Below, in pieces: positions 38,775-49,063 of a stretch of DNA of 64,000 nucleotides (within the stretch, counting starts at the first letter, position 1; each line of letters starts with the position of its first letter). The notes below the pieces were generated by a model that saw only the letters and a program-made list of their open reading frames with translations, did no database searches and was not told the DNA's origin. Where the stretch lies: positions 1,120,001 to 1,184,000 of the forward strand of contig CAXXKA010000008.1 in NCBI GenBank assembly GCA_963668625.2. Direction: 5' to 3'. The position numbers and the translations under genes are program-made. This stretch comes from an uncultured candidate division Zixibacteria bacterium (lineage in GTDB: Bacteria > Zixibacteria > MSB-5A5 > UBA10806 > 4484-95).

Positions 38775-40352
38775 TTGTTTATGAGTAGTAGAATCAGGAG
38801 TTGGGGCATTATCATAATTGGCATGTTTATTGTTTTATCGAGCTGTTCGAAAAAGTCTCCTTACCCGGAGGATGTCGCGTTGGCTCTGGATAAAGCAGGC
38901 GATAACCGGCCGGAACTCGAGAAAGCAATCACGTATTTCTCCGCCTGGGATGATACATTAAAGCTAAAAGCTATTTTCTATCTGATAGGAAATATGGAAA
39001 ATCACTCCTACGCGGTTTTTGGTCTATTCGATACGCTGGGCAATAAAATCGAATTCGATGCCTCGCGGTATCCCGATTTCGATGAGGTCGTCTCGGTCGC
39101 CGATTCGCTGGAGGAATCGTACGGCCCGCTGGATTTTACGAAAGATACGTTGTATTACGATGTTCAGAGTATAAGCGCCGATGTTCTTATCAATCAGGTT
39201 GATTTCGCTTTTCGGGCCTGGCGTACGAAACCCTGGTCAAAAGAGCTGTCGTTCGAGTATTTCCTGGAGTACGTTCTGCCTTTTCGCGGTTCTAACGAAC
39301 CCATAGAGCCGTGGCGGGAATACTTTTTCCAGAAATACAGCGGTCTCGATACTGTTTTTAACGATACGACCAGTGCGATAGAGGTGGCATCTTATTTAAA
39401 TAATGACATCAAATCGTGGTTCACGTTCGACCGTCGATATTATTACCATCCCACCGATCAGGGCCTATCTCAGATGCTCGAAAACCATTACGGCAGATGT
39501 GAGGATATGGCTAACCTGGCAATATATGCCATGCGCTCGGTTGGCCTGGCCGTGACCAGTGATTATACTCCATACTGGGCCAACGCCGGCGGTAACCATG
39601 CCTGGAACGCACTGATTTTGCCCGATGGTGATGTAATACCGTTTATGGGCTGCGAGAGCAATCCGGGGCAATATGGTTTGCCCAACAAAATGGCCAAGGT
39701 ATATCGTAAGATGTATTCGCTGCAGAGAGAAAACCTGATATTCAAAGATCGCAAGCAGGAGAAAGTGCCCGGCTGGCTTGCCGGCAAAAGCTACATAGAT
39801 GTTACCGAGGCCTATACCGAGGTTTGCGATGTCGTCTACCGGTTCGATAGAGCCATCCCCGATTCGGTGGATTTCGCTTACCTGTGCGTGTTCAATAGCG
39901 GTGATTGGCAGGCTGTACACTGGGGGAAAATTATAGGTGATGCAGCCTCTTTCGATGATATGGGAACCGGGATCGTATATTTGCCGGCGCTGTATCTTAA
40001 TGAGGAGATAAAGCCATTCGGGGCGCCGTTTATTCTTCACGAGGACTGCACGCTAGAGAAACTCCAGGCGAATCAAACCACTCTGATAGAGATCAGTATC
40101 GGCTCGGTCACTGGTTTCAAGGCCGAGATCGCTACGGATGGCGTGCATCGCCGTAAAATCGAGCCAGGCATGACTTATGAGTTGTTCTATTGGAGTGATG
40201 GCTGGGAGCGATTAAGTGTTCAGGAGTCGAAATCAGGTATATTTAGTTTTGATAATGTTCCTGAAGGTGGTTTATACTGGTTAAAAGCTGAGAATTCTGA
40301 TAACGACGAGCGTATTTTTAGCCTTGATGATAATCAATCAGTATGGTGGTAA
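38775..40352 (+). CDS. Transglutaminase-like lipoprotein
   Basis: LSSC lipobox, AGDNRPELEK, YVLPFRGSNE, GRCEDM and NHAWN. Confidence 0.8.
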   Translation: MFMSSRIRSWGIIIIGMFIVLSSCSKKSPYPEDVALALDKAGDNRPELEKAITYFSAWDDTLKLKAIFYLIGNMENHSYAVFGLFDTLGNKIEFDASRYPDFDEVVSVADSLEESYGPLDFTKDTLYYDVQSISADVLINQVDFAFRAWRTKPWSKELSFEYFLEYVLPFRGSNEPIEPWREYFFQKYSGLDTVFNDTTSAIEVASYLNNDIKSWFTFDRRYYYHPTDQGLSQMLENHYGRCEDMANLAIYAMRSVGLAVTSDYTPYWANAGGNHAWNALILPDGDVIPFMGCESNPGQYGLPNKMAKVYRKMYSLQRENLIFKDRKQEKVPGWLAGKSYIDVTEAYTEVCDVVYRFDRAIPDSVDFAYLCVFNSGDWQAVHWGKIIGDAASFDDMGTGIVYLPALYLNEEIKPFGAPFILHEDCTLEKLQANQTTLIEISIGSVTGFKAEIATDGVHRRKIEPGMTYELFYWSDGWERLSVQESKSGIFSFDNVPEGGLYWLKAENSDNDERIFSLDDNQSVWW

Positions 40353-40661
40353 TACGTTAACTAATATATAGTTATCATTTTTATAGCCAATTGTATATTT
40401 ATCTTTAACATCAATTATTGATATGTATCATAAAATCTATAAGTATAACTACTATTATAATTTTTCTATCATCCAAAAACCTTATAATATTATTCTAAAT
40501 ACCTTAGTAAATAGGTTGACATATATGAATACTATCTATATTTTCACTGAAAGAATAGCTGTCTTCGTCCGTTTGACAAGAAAATACGATCATGGAATCA
40601 TCAGAAGCGCAAATGCTTCTCTGGTATATAGAGATCTATTATCAGTGAAAGGACCAGTTAA

Positions 40662-41510
40662 ATGAACCCATCCGATATAACTGCGATTATGCAAAAACAT
40701 GAGGGAGAACGCGGTCAGATTATATCGATACTGGAGGATATTCAGTCCAAGTACAGTTACCTGCCGGAGCAATCATTACGGATGGTGGCTGAACAGACCG
40801 GACATTCGCTGGTGGATATTTTTGGGGTTGCCACGTTTTATAAAGCGTTCAGCTTAAAACCTCGTGGCCGTCACCTGATTTCCTGCTGCAGCGGCACAGC
40901 TTGCCATGTCAGAGGTGCGCCGAGAATCGCCAAACGCCTGGAGCGTGAACTGAAAATTAAAGCGGGCGAGACCACTCCTGATAAGGAATTCACCTTTGAA
41001 ACGGTAAACTGCCTGGGGGCCTGCGCACTCGGACCAATCGTTGTCGTGGATGGGCATTATTTCTCCAATGTCAAACCGAACGATATTACAGGAATACTGG
41101 AGCGGGCGAAAGAGGGCCTGGATAGAGTCGAGGTAAAAACCGACAAGCGCCTTTTTCCGGTTGCCGTAAGCTGCCCGGTATGCAATCACAGCCTGATGGA
41201 TCAGCATCACTTAATAGATGGTTACCCGCCTATTAAAGTGACTGTCTCGACCGGCCAGAGCCATGGCTGGTTGATTCTTTCCAGTCTCTACGGAAGTTAT
41301 AACACCTCTTGCGAATTCGATATTCCAGAAGAGGCGGTAGTTAATTTCTTCTGTCCTCATTGTCACGCGGAGTTGGTTGGCGGTGGTGATTGTATAGAGT
41401 GCAACGCTCCTATGGTACCGATGATCGTACGCGGCGGCGGAATGGTGCAGATTTGCTCTCGCCGTGGCTGTAAAAATCATATGCTCGATCTGAATGGCAT
41501 AAACGTTTAG
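40662..41510 (+). CDS. NuoE/HydC-like [2Fe-2S] subunit with extra Cys-rich C-terminal domain
   Basis: GVATFY, CSGTACHVRG and CLGACALGP; tail CPVC, CPHC, CIEC and CSRRGC. Confidence 0.85.
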   Translation: MNPSDITAIMQKHEGERGQIISILEDIQSKYSYLPEQSLRMVAEQTGHSLVDIFGVATFYKAFSLKPRGRHLISCCSGTACHVRGAPRIAKRLERELKIKAGETTPDKEFTFETVNCLGACALGPIVVVDGHYFSNVKPNDITGILERAKEGLDRVEVKTDKRLFPVAVSCPVCNHSLMDQHHLIDGYPPIKVTVSTGQSHGWLILSSLYGSYNTSCEFDIPEEAVVNFFCPHCHAELVGGGDCIECNAPMVPMIVRGGGMVQICSRRGCKNHMLDLNGINV

Positions 41511-41539
41511 TGTGGAAATAAAAATAACGGGAAAAGATA

Positions 41540-44500
41540 ATGCGAAAGCTTCAATCCATAAATGATTTCAAAGCCCTGCATTCACGCCTTATGAAAGACC
41601 GCGATCCGGATAAAACGACGGTGGTGATTTCGGCGGGCACTTGCGGGCAGGCCTCCGGGGCAAACGATATTATCAGTATCACCAAGCGCGAGATACTTAC
41701 CCGGGGCTTAACCGAGAGGATCAGTCTTCGTATAACCGGCTGTCATGGCTGGTGCGAGATTGAACCCTCGGTGCTGATCGAGCCTTATGGTACGCTCTAC
41801 CCCAACGTGACTATCGAGGGGATGGAGCGAATTATCGAGGCTGTCGATCAATCCAGAGTTATCGATGACTTGCTGTACGAGGATCCGGTTACCGGCAAGA
41901 AAATAGAGCGGGCCTGCGACACGCGATTCTACAAAAAGCAGGTAAGAACCCTGATGTCGCGAAACGAGAAAATCGATCCGATCCGAATATTCAATTACAT
42001 TTCAAACGGGGGTTATTCCTCATTGATGGCTGTTCTGGAAAAAAGCAATCCCGAATCGGTTATCGATGAGGTTAAGAAATCCGGTATTCGCGGTCGCGGT
42101 GGGGCGGGATTTCCCACCGGCGTGAAGTGGGAATTGCTTTCAAAGCAGAATTGTGACCGCGGCAAGTTCTTGGTTTGCAACGCCGATGAGGGCGACCCGG
42201 GCGCGTATATGGACCGCAGCCTGCTCGAGGGCAATCCTCATAGTATAATCGAGGGTATGCTCATAGGCGCTTACGCTACTGGCGCTACTAATGGGATAAT
42301 CTATGTTCGAGCCGAATATCCCCTGGCTATCAAGCATCTGGTAATTGCCTTAAGGCAAGCCGGTGAACTGGGACTGACAGGTAAAAATGTACTCGGAACT
42401 GATTTCTCATTCGATATCCAGTTATTCAGGGGTGCGGGCGCGTTCGTTTGCGGTGAGGAGACAGCTTTGATTGCCTCTATCGAAGGCAAGATGGGCGAGC
42501 CCCGCCAGAGGCCGCCGTTCCCGATCCAGAAGGGTATCGAGAACATGCCGACCGCCATTAACAATGTCGAGACCTGGGCTAATGTCCCGGTTATTATCAG
42601 TAAGGGCGGCGTCGGATTCGCAAAAACGGGCACCGAGGGTAACACCGGCACCAAGATATTCAGCTTGGTCGGTAAAGCCAGAAACACCGGCCTGGTTGAG
42701 GTTCCTCTGGGGATGAAAATCAGCGAAGTGGTGCACGAGATCGGCGGCGGGCCATCCGGTAATAAGAAAATAAAAGCTGTCCAGACAGGCGGCCCCTCGG
42801 GCGGATGCATTCCCGCCTCCCAGTTCGATTTACCTATCGACTACGACAATCTGGCCAAGGTCGGTACGATCATGGGATCGGGCGGTATGATTGTCATGGA
42901 TGAGTCGACCTGCATGGTTGATGTCGCTAAATATTTCATGAGCTTCTTGAAAGATGAATCGTGCGGCAAATGTTTCCCCTGCCGTAAAGGTACCCAGAGG
43001 ATGTATGAGATACTGGATGATATCAGCAAGGGGAAAGCCACGATGGCCGATCTCGATTTGCTGGAGGAGCTGGCGGCTGTCGTGAAAGACACCACGATGT
43101 GTGGCCTGGGGCAATCGGCGGCCAATCCGGTGTTGAGCACGTTGAGATATTTCAGGGACGAGTATATCGAGCATATCGTTAACAAGCGTTGTCCCGCCGG
43201 AGTATGCAAAGAGTTAACCGGTGCGCCCTGCCAGTCTGCCTGTCCGATAGATACCGAGGCCTGGCGCTACATAGCCCACATAGCTCACGGCGAATACGAG
43301 CAGGCTTACGCGGCGATTCGCGAGGCTAATCCGTTCCCCTCGGTATGTGCGCGCGTGTGTAACCATCCCTGCGAGCTTAACTGCCGAGCCGGCGCAATAG
43401 GCGGCGAGCCGATCTCGATCAGGTCATTAAAGAGGTTCGTGACCGACAGAGTCGAACCCTCAACATATGTACCGGTAATGATGAAAGAATCGAAAAAGAC
43501 AGCATCTAAAATAGCGATTGTCGGAGCCGGTCCTGCAGGTTTGACAGCAGCCCATTATCTCTCGCTAAAGGGATACCGGGTGTCGGTGTTCGAATCGGAA
43601 AGCAAGCCCGGCGGTATGATGTACACCGCTATTCCGGCCTATCGCTTACCGAGACAGGAATTGGATAAAGAGATCAACTCGATTTTAAATAATAATATTA
43701 CTTTAGAATGTAATAAAACCCTGGGAAAAGATATTACTGTTGATAGTCTGCTCGGCGATGGATTCAAGTCGGTGTTTTTAGCTTTAGGAGCACATAAGAG
43801 CAGGCCGCTTCAGATTGAGGGTGAGGATGTCGAGGGTGTTTATCCCTCCATTAAATTCCTCAGAGATTTCAATGTGTCCGGTAAAAGCGGCTTAAGCGGT
43901 TCGGTTGGCATAATCGGTGGCGGTAACTCCGCTATTGATGCTGCCCGGGTGGCAATTCGTCAGGAAGATGTCAGAGAGGTCACGATACTCTACCGTCGCA
44001 CACGACTGGAGATGCCGGCTTATGCGGAGGAGATAGAGGCTGCGCTCGAGGAGGGTATAAAACTCATCACGCTGGCTACACCTAAACGCATAGTGGCGAC
44101 CCACGGCAAAATAGCCGGTATCGAGTGCTTGAAAAACGAGCTTGGCGAGCCTGATAGCTCCGGCCGCCGCCGCCCGGTACCTATCGAAGGCAGCGAGTTT
44201 ATAATCTCGCTTGACGCGCTGGTGGTGGCTATCAGTGAAAGCTCCGATATCGACTGCCTGACCGTAGCCGGTTCGAGTGCGATCGATACCGACTCGAAAC
44301 GCGGTATCGTAATCGTAGATAAAGACACGCTGGCCACCAACCGTCCCGGTGTATTCGCCGGCGGTGATTTGGTGACCGGTCCCAATACGATCGTTGATGC
44401 TATAGCCGCCGGTAAGAAAGCCGCTGTGATGATAGACCGCTATATCAAAGGCGAGGAGCTAAAGCAAGCACCGATTGTCAGATTGCCCGATAAATTCATT

Positions 44501-44722
44501 CCGCCGGTCGAGGTTGTCTCGAATGACACTCAAGATGCCGGTCGGGTCGAAAACCCGAGAGTACCCGTTGATTCCCGTAAGGCTGATTTCTCCGAGGTCG
44601 AGATTTCGCTAACCGAGGAGCAAGCCCGTTATGAGGCCTGCCGTTGTTTGAGATGCGACCTGGAGTTCACCGCGCCGCAAGAGGAGGAACAAGCAGAAAC
44701 AGCGGAGGAGAGGATAGCATGA
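41540..44722 (+). CDS. NuoF/HydB-like FMN subunit fused to a GltD/NfnB-like FAD oxidoreductase
   Basis: N-terminal TGCHGWC; RGRGGAGFPTG, NADEGDPG and ESCGKCFPCR; then CQSACP, GAGPAG, GGGNSAID, FAGGD and RCLRCD. Confidence 0.88.
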   Translation: MRKLQSINDFKALHSRLMKDRDPDKTTVVISAGTCGQASGANDIISITKREILTRGLTERISLRITGCHGWCEIEPSVLIEPYGTLYPNVTIEGMERIIEAVDQSRVIDDLLYEDPVTGKKIERACDTRFYKKQVRTLMSRNEKIDPIRIFNYISNGGYSSLMAVLEKSNPESVIDEVKKSGIRGRGGAGFPTGVKWELLSKQNCDRGKFLVCNADEGDPGAYMDRSLLEGNPHSIIEGMLIGAYATGATNGIIYVRAEYPLAIKHLVIALRQAGELGLTGKNVLGTDFSFDIQLFRGAGAFVCGEETALIASIEGKMGEPRQRPPFPIQKGIENMPTAINNVETWANVPVIISKGGVGFAKTGTEGNTGTKIFSLVGKARNTGLVEVPLGMKISEVVHEIGGGPSGNKKIKAVQTGGPSGGCIPASQFDLPIDYDNLAKVGTIMGSGGMIVMDESTCMVDVAKYFMSFLKDESCGKCFPCRKGTQRMYEILDDISKGKATMADLDLLEELAAVVKDTTMCGLGQSAANPVLSTLRYFRDEYIEHIVNKRCPAGVCKELTGAPCQSACPIDTEAWRYIAHIAHGEYEQAYAAIREANPFPSVCARVCNHPCELNCRAGAIGGEPISIRSLKRFVTDRVEPSTYVPVMMKESKKTASKIAIVGAGPAGLTAAHYLSLKGYRVSVFESESKPGGMMYTAIPAYRLPRQELDKEINSILNNNITLECNKTLGKDITVDSLLGDGFKSVFLALGAHKSRPLQIEGEDVEGVYPSIKFLRDFNVSGKSGLSGSVGIIGGGNSAIDAARVAIRQEDVREVTILYRRTRLEMPAYAEEIEAALEEGIKLITLATPKRIVATHGKIAGIECLKNELGEPDSSGRRRPVPIEGSEFIISLDALVVAISESSDIDCLTVAGSSAIDTDSKRGIVIVDKDTLATNRPGVFAGGDLVTGPNTIVDAIAAGKKAAVMIDRYIKGEELKQAPIVRLPDKFIPPVEVVSNDTQDAGRVENPRVPVDSRKADFSEVEISLTEEQARYEACRCLRCDLEFTAPQEEEQAETAEERIA

Positions 44723-45396
44723 TTAATTTCAAACTAAACGGCCTTGATGTTTCAGTCGAGGAGGGTAGCACTCTACTGGAGGCGGCCCGGTTTTATGGTT
44801 TCCCGATTCCGACTCTCTGTCACATGGAGGGATTGTCTCCATACGGCGCTTGCCGTTTATGTGTGGTCGAAATCGGTGAGGCTCCGCGTTCCAAACTCGT
44901 TAGCTCGTGCACTTATCCGGCCGAGGAAGGTCTTGTAGTTAGAACAGCTTCCAGCCGGGTGCTCAAAGCGCGCAGGATGATTTTAGAACTTCTACTGGCT
45001 TCGTGCCCACAATCGAAAGTCATCCAGGATATCGCCTCGGAGCATAGAATTACCGAGCAGAGGTTCAAGCAGGAGCATGAGGACTGTATCCTGTGTGGAC
45101 TATGCGTGAGGATGTGCGAGGAACAAATGGTAGCCAAGGCCATCGGTTTCCGAGGCAGGGGTGAGAACAGGAGTATCGGTACGCCGTTCGATATGAACTC
45201 GGAAGTTTGTCGCACTTGCGGTGGATGTGTCTATGTCTGCCCGGCCTGCTCATTGAGATGTACCTACACGCAGCCCGATAAAGCTATTTGCGGCGGCTGC
45301 GCCAATTTGAGGCCGCCCTGTGTCGAGAAAGAGCAATTCGATGACATGATGTGCTATATGGAGCCATGCGTAGCCTGTGAAATCAAAAAAGATTAA
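44719..45396 (+). CDS. NuoG/HydA N-terminal-like Fe-S relay subunit (no catalytic domain)
   Basis: ATGA overlap; IPTLC, GACRLCVVE, CILCGLCVRMC and CRTCGGCVYVCP; Cys-rich tail. Confidence 0.85.
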   Translation: MINFKLNGLDVSVEEGSTLLEAARFYGFPIPTLCHMEGLSPYGACRLCVVEIGEAPRSKLVSSCTYPAEEGLVVRTASSRVLKARRMILELLLASCPQSKVIQDIASEHRITEQRFKQEHEDCILCGLCVRMCEEQMVAKAIGFRGRGENRSIGTPFDMNSEVCRTCGGCVYVCPACSLRCTYTQPDKAICGGCANLRPPCVEKEQFDDMMCYMEPCVACEIKKD

Positions 45397-45423
45397 GTAT
45401 AGAATTTATGGAGGATCAATAAA

Positions 45424-47013
45424 ATGTCGGTAACATTCTCACGAGTTAACTCATCAGCAGCCACCCTCTCGAAAAACAGAACCGAGGGGTCGGTCACTCC
45501 GAATTCGGGGATGTGTGTCACCTGTGTTGACGGCTGCATCGGTATGTGCGAAATCGGCAAATCGGCTTATCGCGGCCACGAGGTTATTTACCCTCAACCG
45601 TTCGGTGTTATCACAACCGCCTCGGAAAAAGTATATCCCGTTGATTACTCTCATTTCAATATTCAGGGCGGTGTTATAGGCGCCCAGGGGATAGAACCCG
45701 ATAGCGATAAAGCGATTTTTCCGAATGTCAACCTCGAGGTGAAATTCGGTCATGACGGTGGCCTGAAATTCAAGTTACCGTGGATCATCCCGGGTATCGG
45801 TTCGACCGATATCGCCAAAAATAACTGGGAGGGATTAGCTATCGGCACGGCCCTGGCCGGTACCGGCCTGACAATCGGTGAAAACGTGGTCGGTATGGAT
45901 CTCGAATCGGTACTCAAGAAGGGTAAGGTAGTAGATACGGTTGATTTGAAGCGTCGCATCAAACTATTCAAAGACTATCAGCGCGATGGCTACGGTGCTA
46001 TCATAGTTCAGGCCAATGTCGAGGATACTCGTTTAGGCGTTCAGGAATATGCGATCAATCAACTCGGTGTCGATGTGGTCGAGATGAAATGGGGACAGGG
46101 CGCGAAGAACATAGGCGGCGAAGTAAAAATCCGCGACCTGAAAAAAGCCCAGATACTATACGAGCGTGGTTATGTAGTGCTGCCCAATCCCACGGATCCC
46201 AATGTAATCAAAGCTTATGAACGTGGCGCGTTCAAAGAATTCGAGCGCCACTCGCGTATCGGTATGGTTTCCGAGGAATCTTTCGCCCAGCGTGTCGATG
46301 AGCTTCGCAAAGCAGGCGCTAAGTACGTGTTCCTGAAAACCGGCGCGTACCGCCCGCTCGATTTAGCTCGCGCGGTCAAATATGCCTCCAAATACAAAAT
46401 CGACTTACTCACGGTCGACGGCGCAGGCGGCGGTACGGGTATGAGTCCGTGGCGTATGATGAACGAGTGGGGCGTTCCTCCGGTCGAGCTTCATTCGCTA
46501 CTCTACCAGTATTGTAAGAAAATGCACGATATGGGTGAGCACGTCCCTGCCGTAGCTGTTGCCGGTGGTTTCACTTTCGAGGATCAGATATTCAAAGGCC
46601 TGGCTATGGGCGCGCCGTTTGTCAAGCTGGTCGGTATGGCTCGCGGACCGATCGCTGCCGCTATGGTCGGCAAGACTATCGGCAAAACCATCGCGGAGCA
46701 TCAGATACCTGTTTATGTCGAGAGATTCGGCCACACCAAGGATGAAATATTCGTGACGGCGGCCGATTTACGAAAAGAACTGGGTGATGACGAGTTCGAG
46801 AGCCTGCCTACCGGGGCTATCGGGCTTTATACGTATTACGAGAGGCTGGCACAGGGCCTTCGCCAGTTAATGTGCGGCGCTCGCAAGTTCAATATGGATA
46901 AATTGTCTCGTGATGACCTGGCCTGCCTTACTCCTGAAGCCGCCAGAATCAGCGGTATAGATTATATCATGGATAAGGATAAAGAAGAGGCCGAGGCCTT
47001 ATTGAAGGGTTAA
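45424..47013 (+). CDS. FMN-binding glutamate synthase family protein (stand-alone FMN domain)
   Basis: CxxCxxGCxGxCE N-terminus, EMKWGQGAKNIGGE and DGAGGGTGMSP. Confidence 0.85.
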   Translation: MSVTFSRVNSSAATLSKNRTEGSVTPNSGMCVTCVDGCIGMCEIGKSAYRGHEVIYPQPFGVITTASEKVYPVDYSHFNIQGGVIGAQGIEPDSDKAIFPNVNLEVKFGHDGGLKFKLPWIIPGIGSTDIAKNNWEGLAIGTALAGTGLTIGENVVGMDLESVLKKGKVVDTVDLKRRIKLFKDYQRDGYGAIIVQANVEDTRLGVQEYAINQLGVDVVEMKWGQGAKNIGGEVKIRDLKKAQILYERGYVVLPNPTDPNVIKAYERGAFKEFERHSRIGMVSEESFAQRVDELRKAGAKYVFLKTGAYRPLDLARAVKYASKYKIDLLTVDGAGGGTGMSPWRMMNEWGVPPVELHSLLYQYCKKMHDMGEHVPAVAVAGGFTFEDQIFKGLAMGAPFVKLVGMARGPIAAAMVGKTIGKTIAEHQIPVYVERFGHTKDEIFVTAADLRKELGDDEFESLPTGAIGLYTYYERLAQGLRQLMCGARKFNMDKLSRDDLACLTPEAARISGIDYIMDKDKEEAEALLKG

Positions 47014-47053
47014 TTGAATCACCATAAATAACCCGTCTCTGTTTTTTTAAGCT

Positions 47054-47083
47054 GCCCCGATTCACCCGAATCGGGGCTTTTTT
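47054..47083 (+). terminator. Intrinsic terminator of the redox operon
   Basis: GCCCCGATTC-accc-GAATCGGGGC followed by T6. Confidence 0.85.
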
Positions 47084-47140
47084 ATTGCTTAATAGTAAAC
47101 AATTGTTTATCAAATGACGTATTAGTATGAGAGGATAAAG

Positions 47141-47644
47141 ATGCCCTGGTTTGAGATAGTTTATTTTTCATTAGCCATCATAATCATGCTCATTGGTATG
47201 GGCGGTATAATCCTGCCGTTTATCCCCGGTGTACCGTTAATATTGGCGGCCGCTATCGCTTATGGAGCCTTAACCGGTTTTGTCGATATCGACGGCAACC
47301 TGCTTTTGATATTCACCGGGTTAACGATCATCTCCCTGATACTTGATTACCTGGCGACTATGCTGGGTGTCAAGAAAATGGGAGGTTCCAACCTGGGCAT
47401 GCTGGGGGCGCTTCTGGGTATGGTCGCCGGACTGCTTATTCCCGGCGTGGGGATTTTCGGATTCATAATAGGCGCGTTTTTGGGGGCATTCCTGTTCGAG
47501 ATCATACTGGGCAAAACCAGCAAGGATGCTTTACGAAGCGGGCTGGGAAGTTTTATAGGATTTCTGCTCGGAGGGCTGTTGCGATTCGTAATCGGAGCGG
47601 TTATGATCGGGATGTTCGTGTATCGCGTGTTGTTTTATCCTTAA
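47141..47644 (+). CDS. DUF456-family membrane protein
   Basis: GIILPFIPGVPL, DYLA...GVKKMGGS and GAFLGAFLFE. Confidence 0.8.
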   Translation: MPWFEIVYFSLAIIIMLIGMGGIILPFIPGVPLILAAAIAYGALTGFVDIDGNLLLIFTGLTIISLILDYLATMLGVKKMGGSNLGMLGALLGMVAGLLIPGVGIFGFIIGAFLGAFLFEIILGKTSKDALRSGLGSFIGFLLGGLLRFVIGAVMIGMFVYRVLFYP

Positions 47645-47796
47645 CGTATCTCCAGCGGTATATTACGTTCTTTCTTTTTCAATGCCCGGTGAATTAGCTA
47701 CAGTCTGGTCGACATTTATTCCATACCGAATAATCCGATAATACATACCGGTTTTCACTGCATTAAAATAGACTGGTAACGTGCGACAACATTTTA

Positions 47797-48861
47797 CTAA
47801 TCATCCTCGCCGCGTTTTAAAAAATCCTCGAGCAGTTTTCTGCGGGTTTCCAGGTTGGTGATTTGCTTTTGGACTATCTCGCACTTCTTCTCATCGCTTT
47901 CCTCGACTAACCTGGCTTTCAATTGCTCGATCTCAATAGCGGCATTTTCGTATTTCTCTTTCAGCTTCTCCCGGCTCTCCGCTTGCTCGGCTTTATCGAA
48001 CAGCTTGGATTCCGGAGCGGCCTCGGCCTTAACCTCCGCAGTAGTCGCCTTACGTTCTGCTTTCGGAATAAACGGCTTATCCGGTGGGATGTTACGGGTG
48101 TTCATGAAATTCGGCGAGACTATCTCGATACCCGCCTCATGAAGCTTATCGAGCATCATACAATGAAGACGCGAGCGAGTACTGATTACCTGTTTTACTT
48201 CGGTTAGAAGGCCGGCGACTCGGTAAGTTATGGAAAAATCGCCTAATTCTTGAATATGGATGAACGGATCTGTCAGCTCGGCGGCTTTAGCGGCCTCGAT
48301 CAATGCTCGCTCGATTTTCGTGCGAGTGATATCATAGCCCAGAGATACCGTGGCGGAAATGAAAGTGCCGGATGAGCGAATTACTTTAACCGGGTTAGTT
48401 ACCAGATATAAGTTCGGTAAAGTCGTCAGGTCACGATCCTCATTCTGTATCTCTACATGAAAAAGCCCCTGCTCTGATATCCGGCCGAAATATTCTCCTA
48501 CCCGGATAAAGTCGCCCGAGCGAAAACCCCGTATCACACGAAGCATCAAACCGGCCATGGCATTGCCTAAAAGCGTAGTAGAGGACAACGCGATGGCCGC
48601 GCTCATGAGTATTCCTATAAGGCTCAGGAGGGAACCGCGTGATGAATCCGATATCGGCAACACCAGAATAACAGCCAACAGCGCTCCGAAAGTAAGCAGT
48701 AGCATAACCACCTGAAAACGAAGCTTCTTATCCGAAACGAATGAAAACCTCTTTTCGAAGAAGAATTTGAAACCGAACAGAACAATAACTGATATGCATA
48801 ACGCAATGACGGCGGGTATGAAATCTCTTAAATGATGCCAGAATGCCAGCAGAATATCCAT
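47797..48861 (-). CDS. MscS-family mechanosensitive channel
   Basis: Three TMs, FRSGDFIRVGEYFG, TLPN and SLGYD. Confidence 0.85.
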   Translation of the reverse strand: MDILLAFWHHLRDFIPAVIALCISVIVLFGFKFFFEKRFSFVSDKKLRFQVVMLLLTFGALLAVILVLPISDSSRGSLLSLIGILMSAAIALSSTTLLGNAMAGLMLRVIRGFRSGDFIRVGEYFGRISEQGLFHVEIQNEDRDLTTLPNLYLVTNPVKVIRSSGTFISATVSLGYDITRTKIERALIEAAKAAELTDPFIHIQELGDFSITYRVAGLLTEVKQVISTRSRLHCMMLDKLHEAGIEIVSPNFMNTRNIPPDKPFIPKAERKATTAEVKAEAAPESKLFDKAEQAESREKLKEKYENAAIEIEQLKARLVEESDEKKCEIVQKQITNLETRRKLLEDFLKRGEDD

Positions 48862-49063
48862 TACTTTTCCTATTTGCTTTATCTATCTACTTATTACTTT
48901 CGGCAGATAGATAAATCAAGCAATAAAAAACGGGCGCCCCCTAAGCACCCGTTTTATCGGAAAGCATTTGCCCCACAAAACTATTTTACTCTTCAGTCAT
49001 GTCCGCTTTTTGTTTATACCATAAATTAGTTTCGCTTTTCAATTCTTTTTTGGAATAATAATG

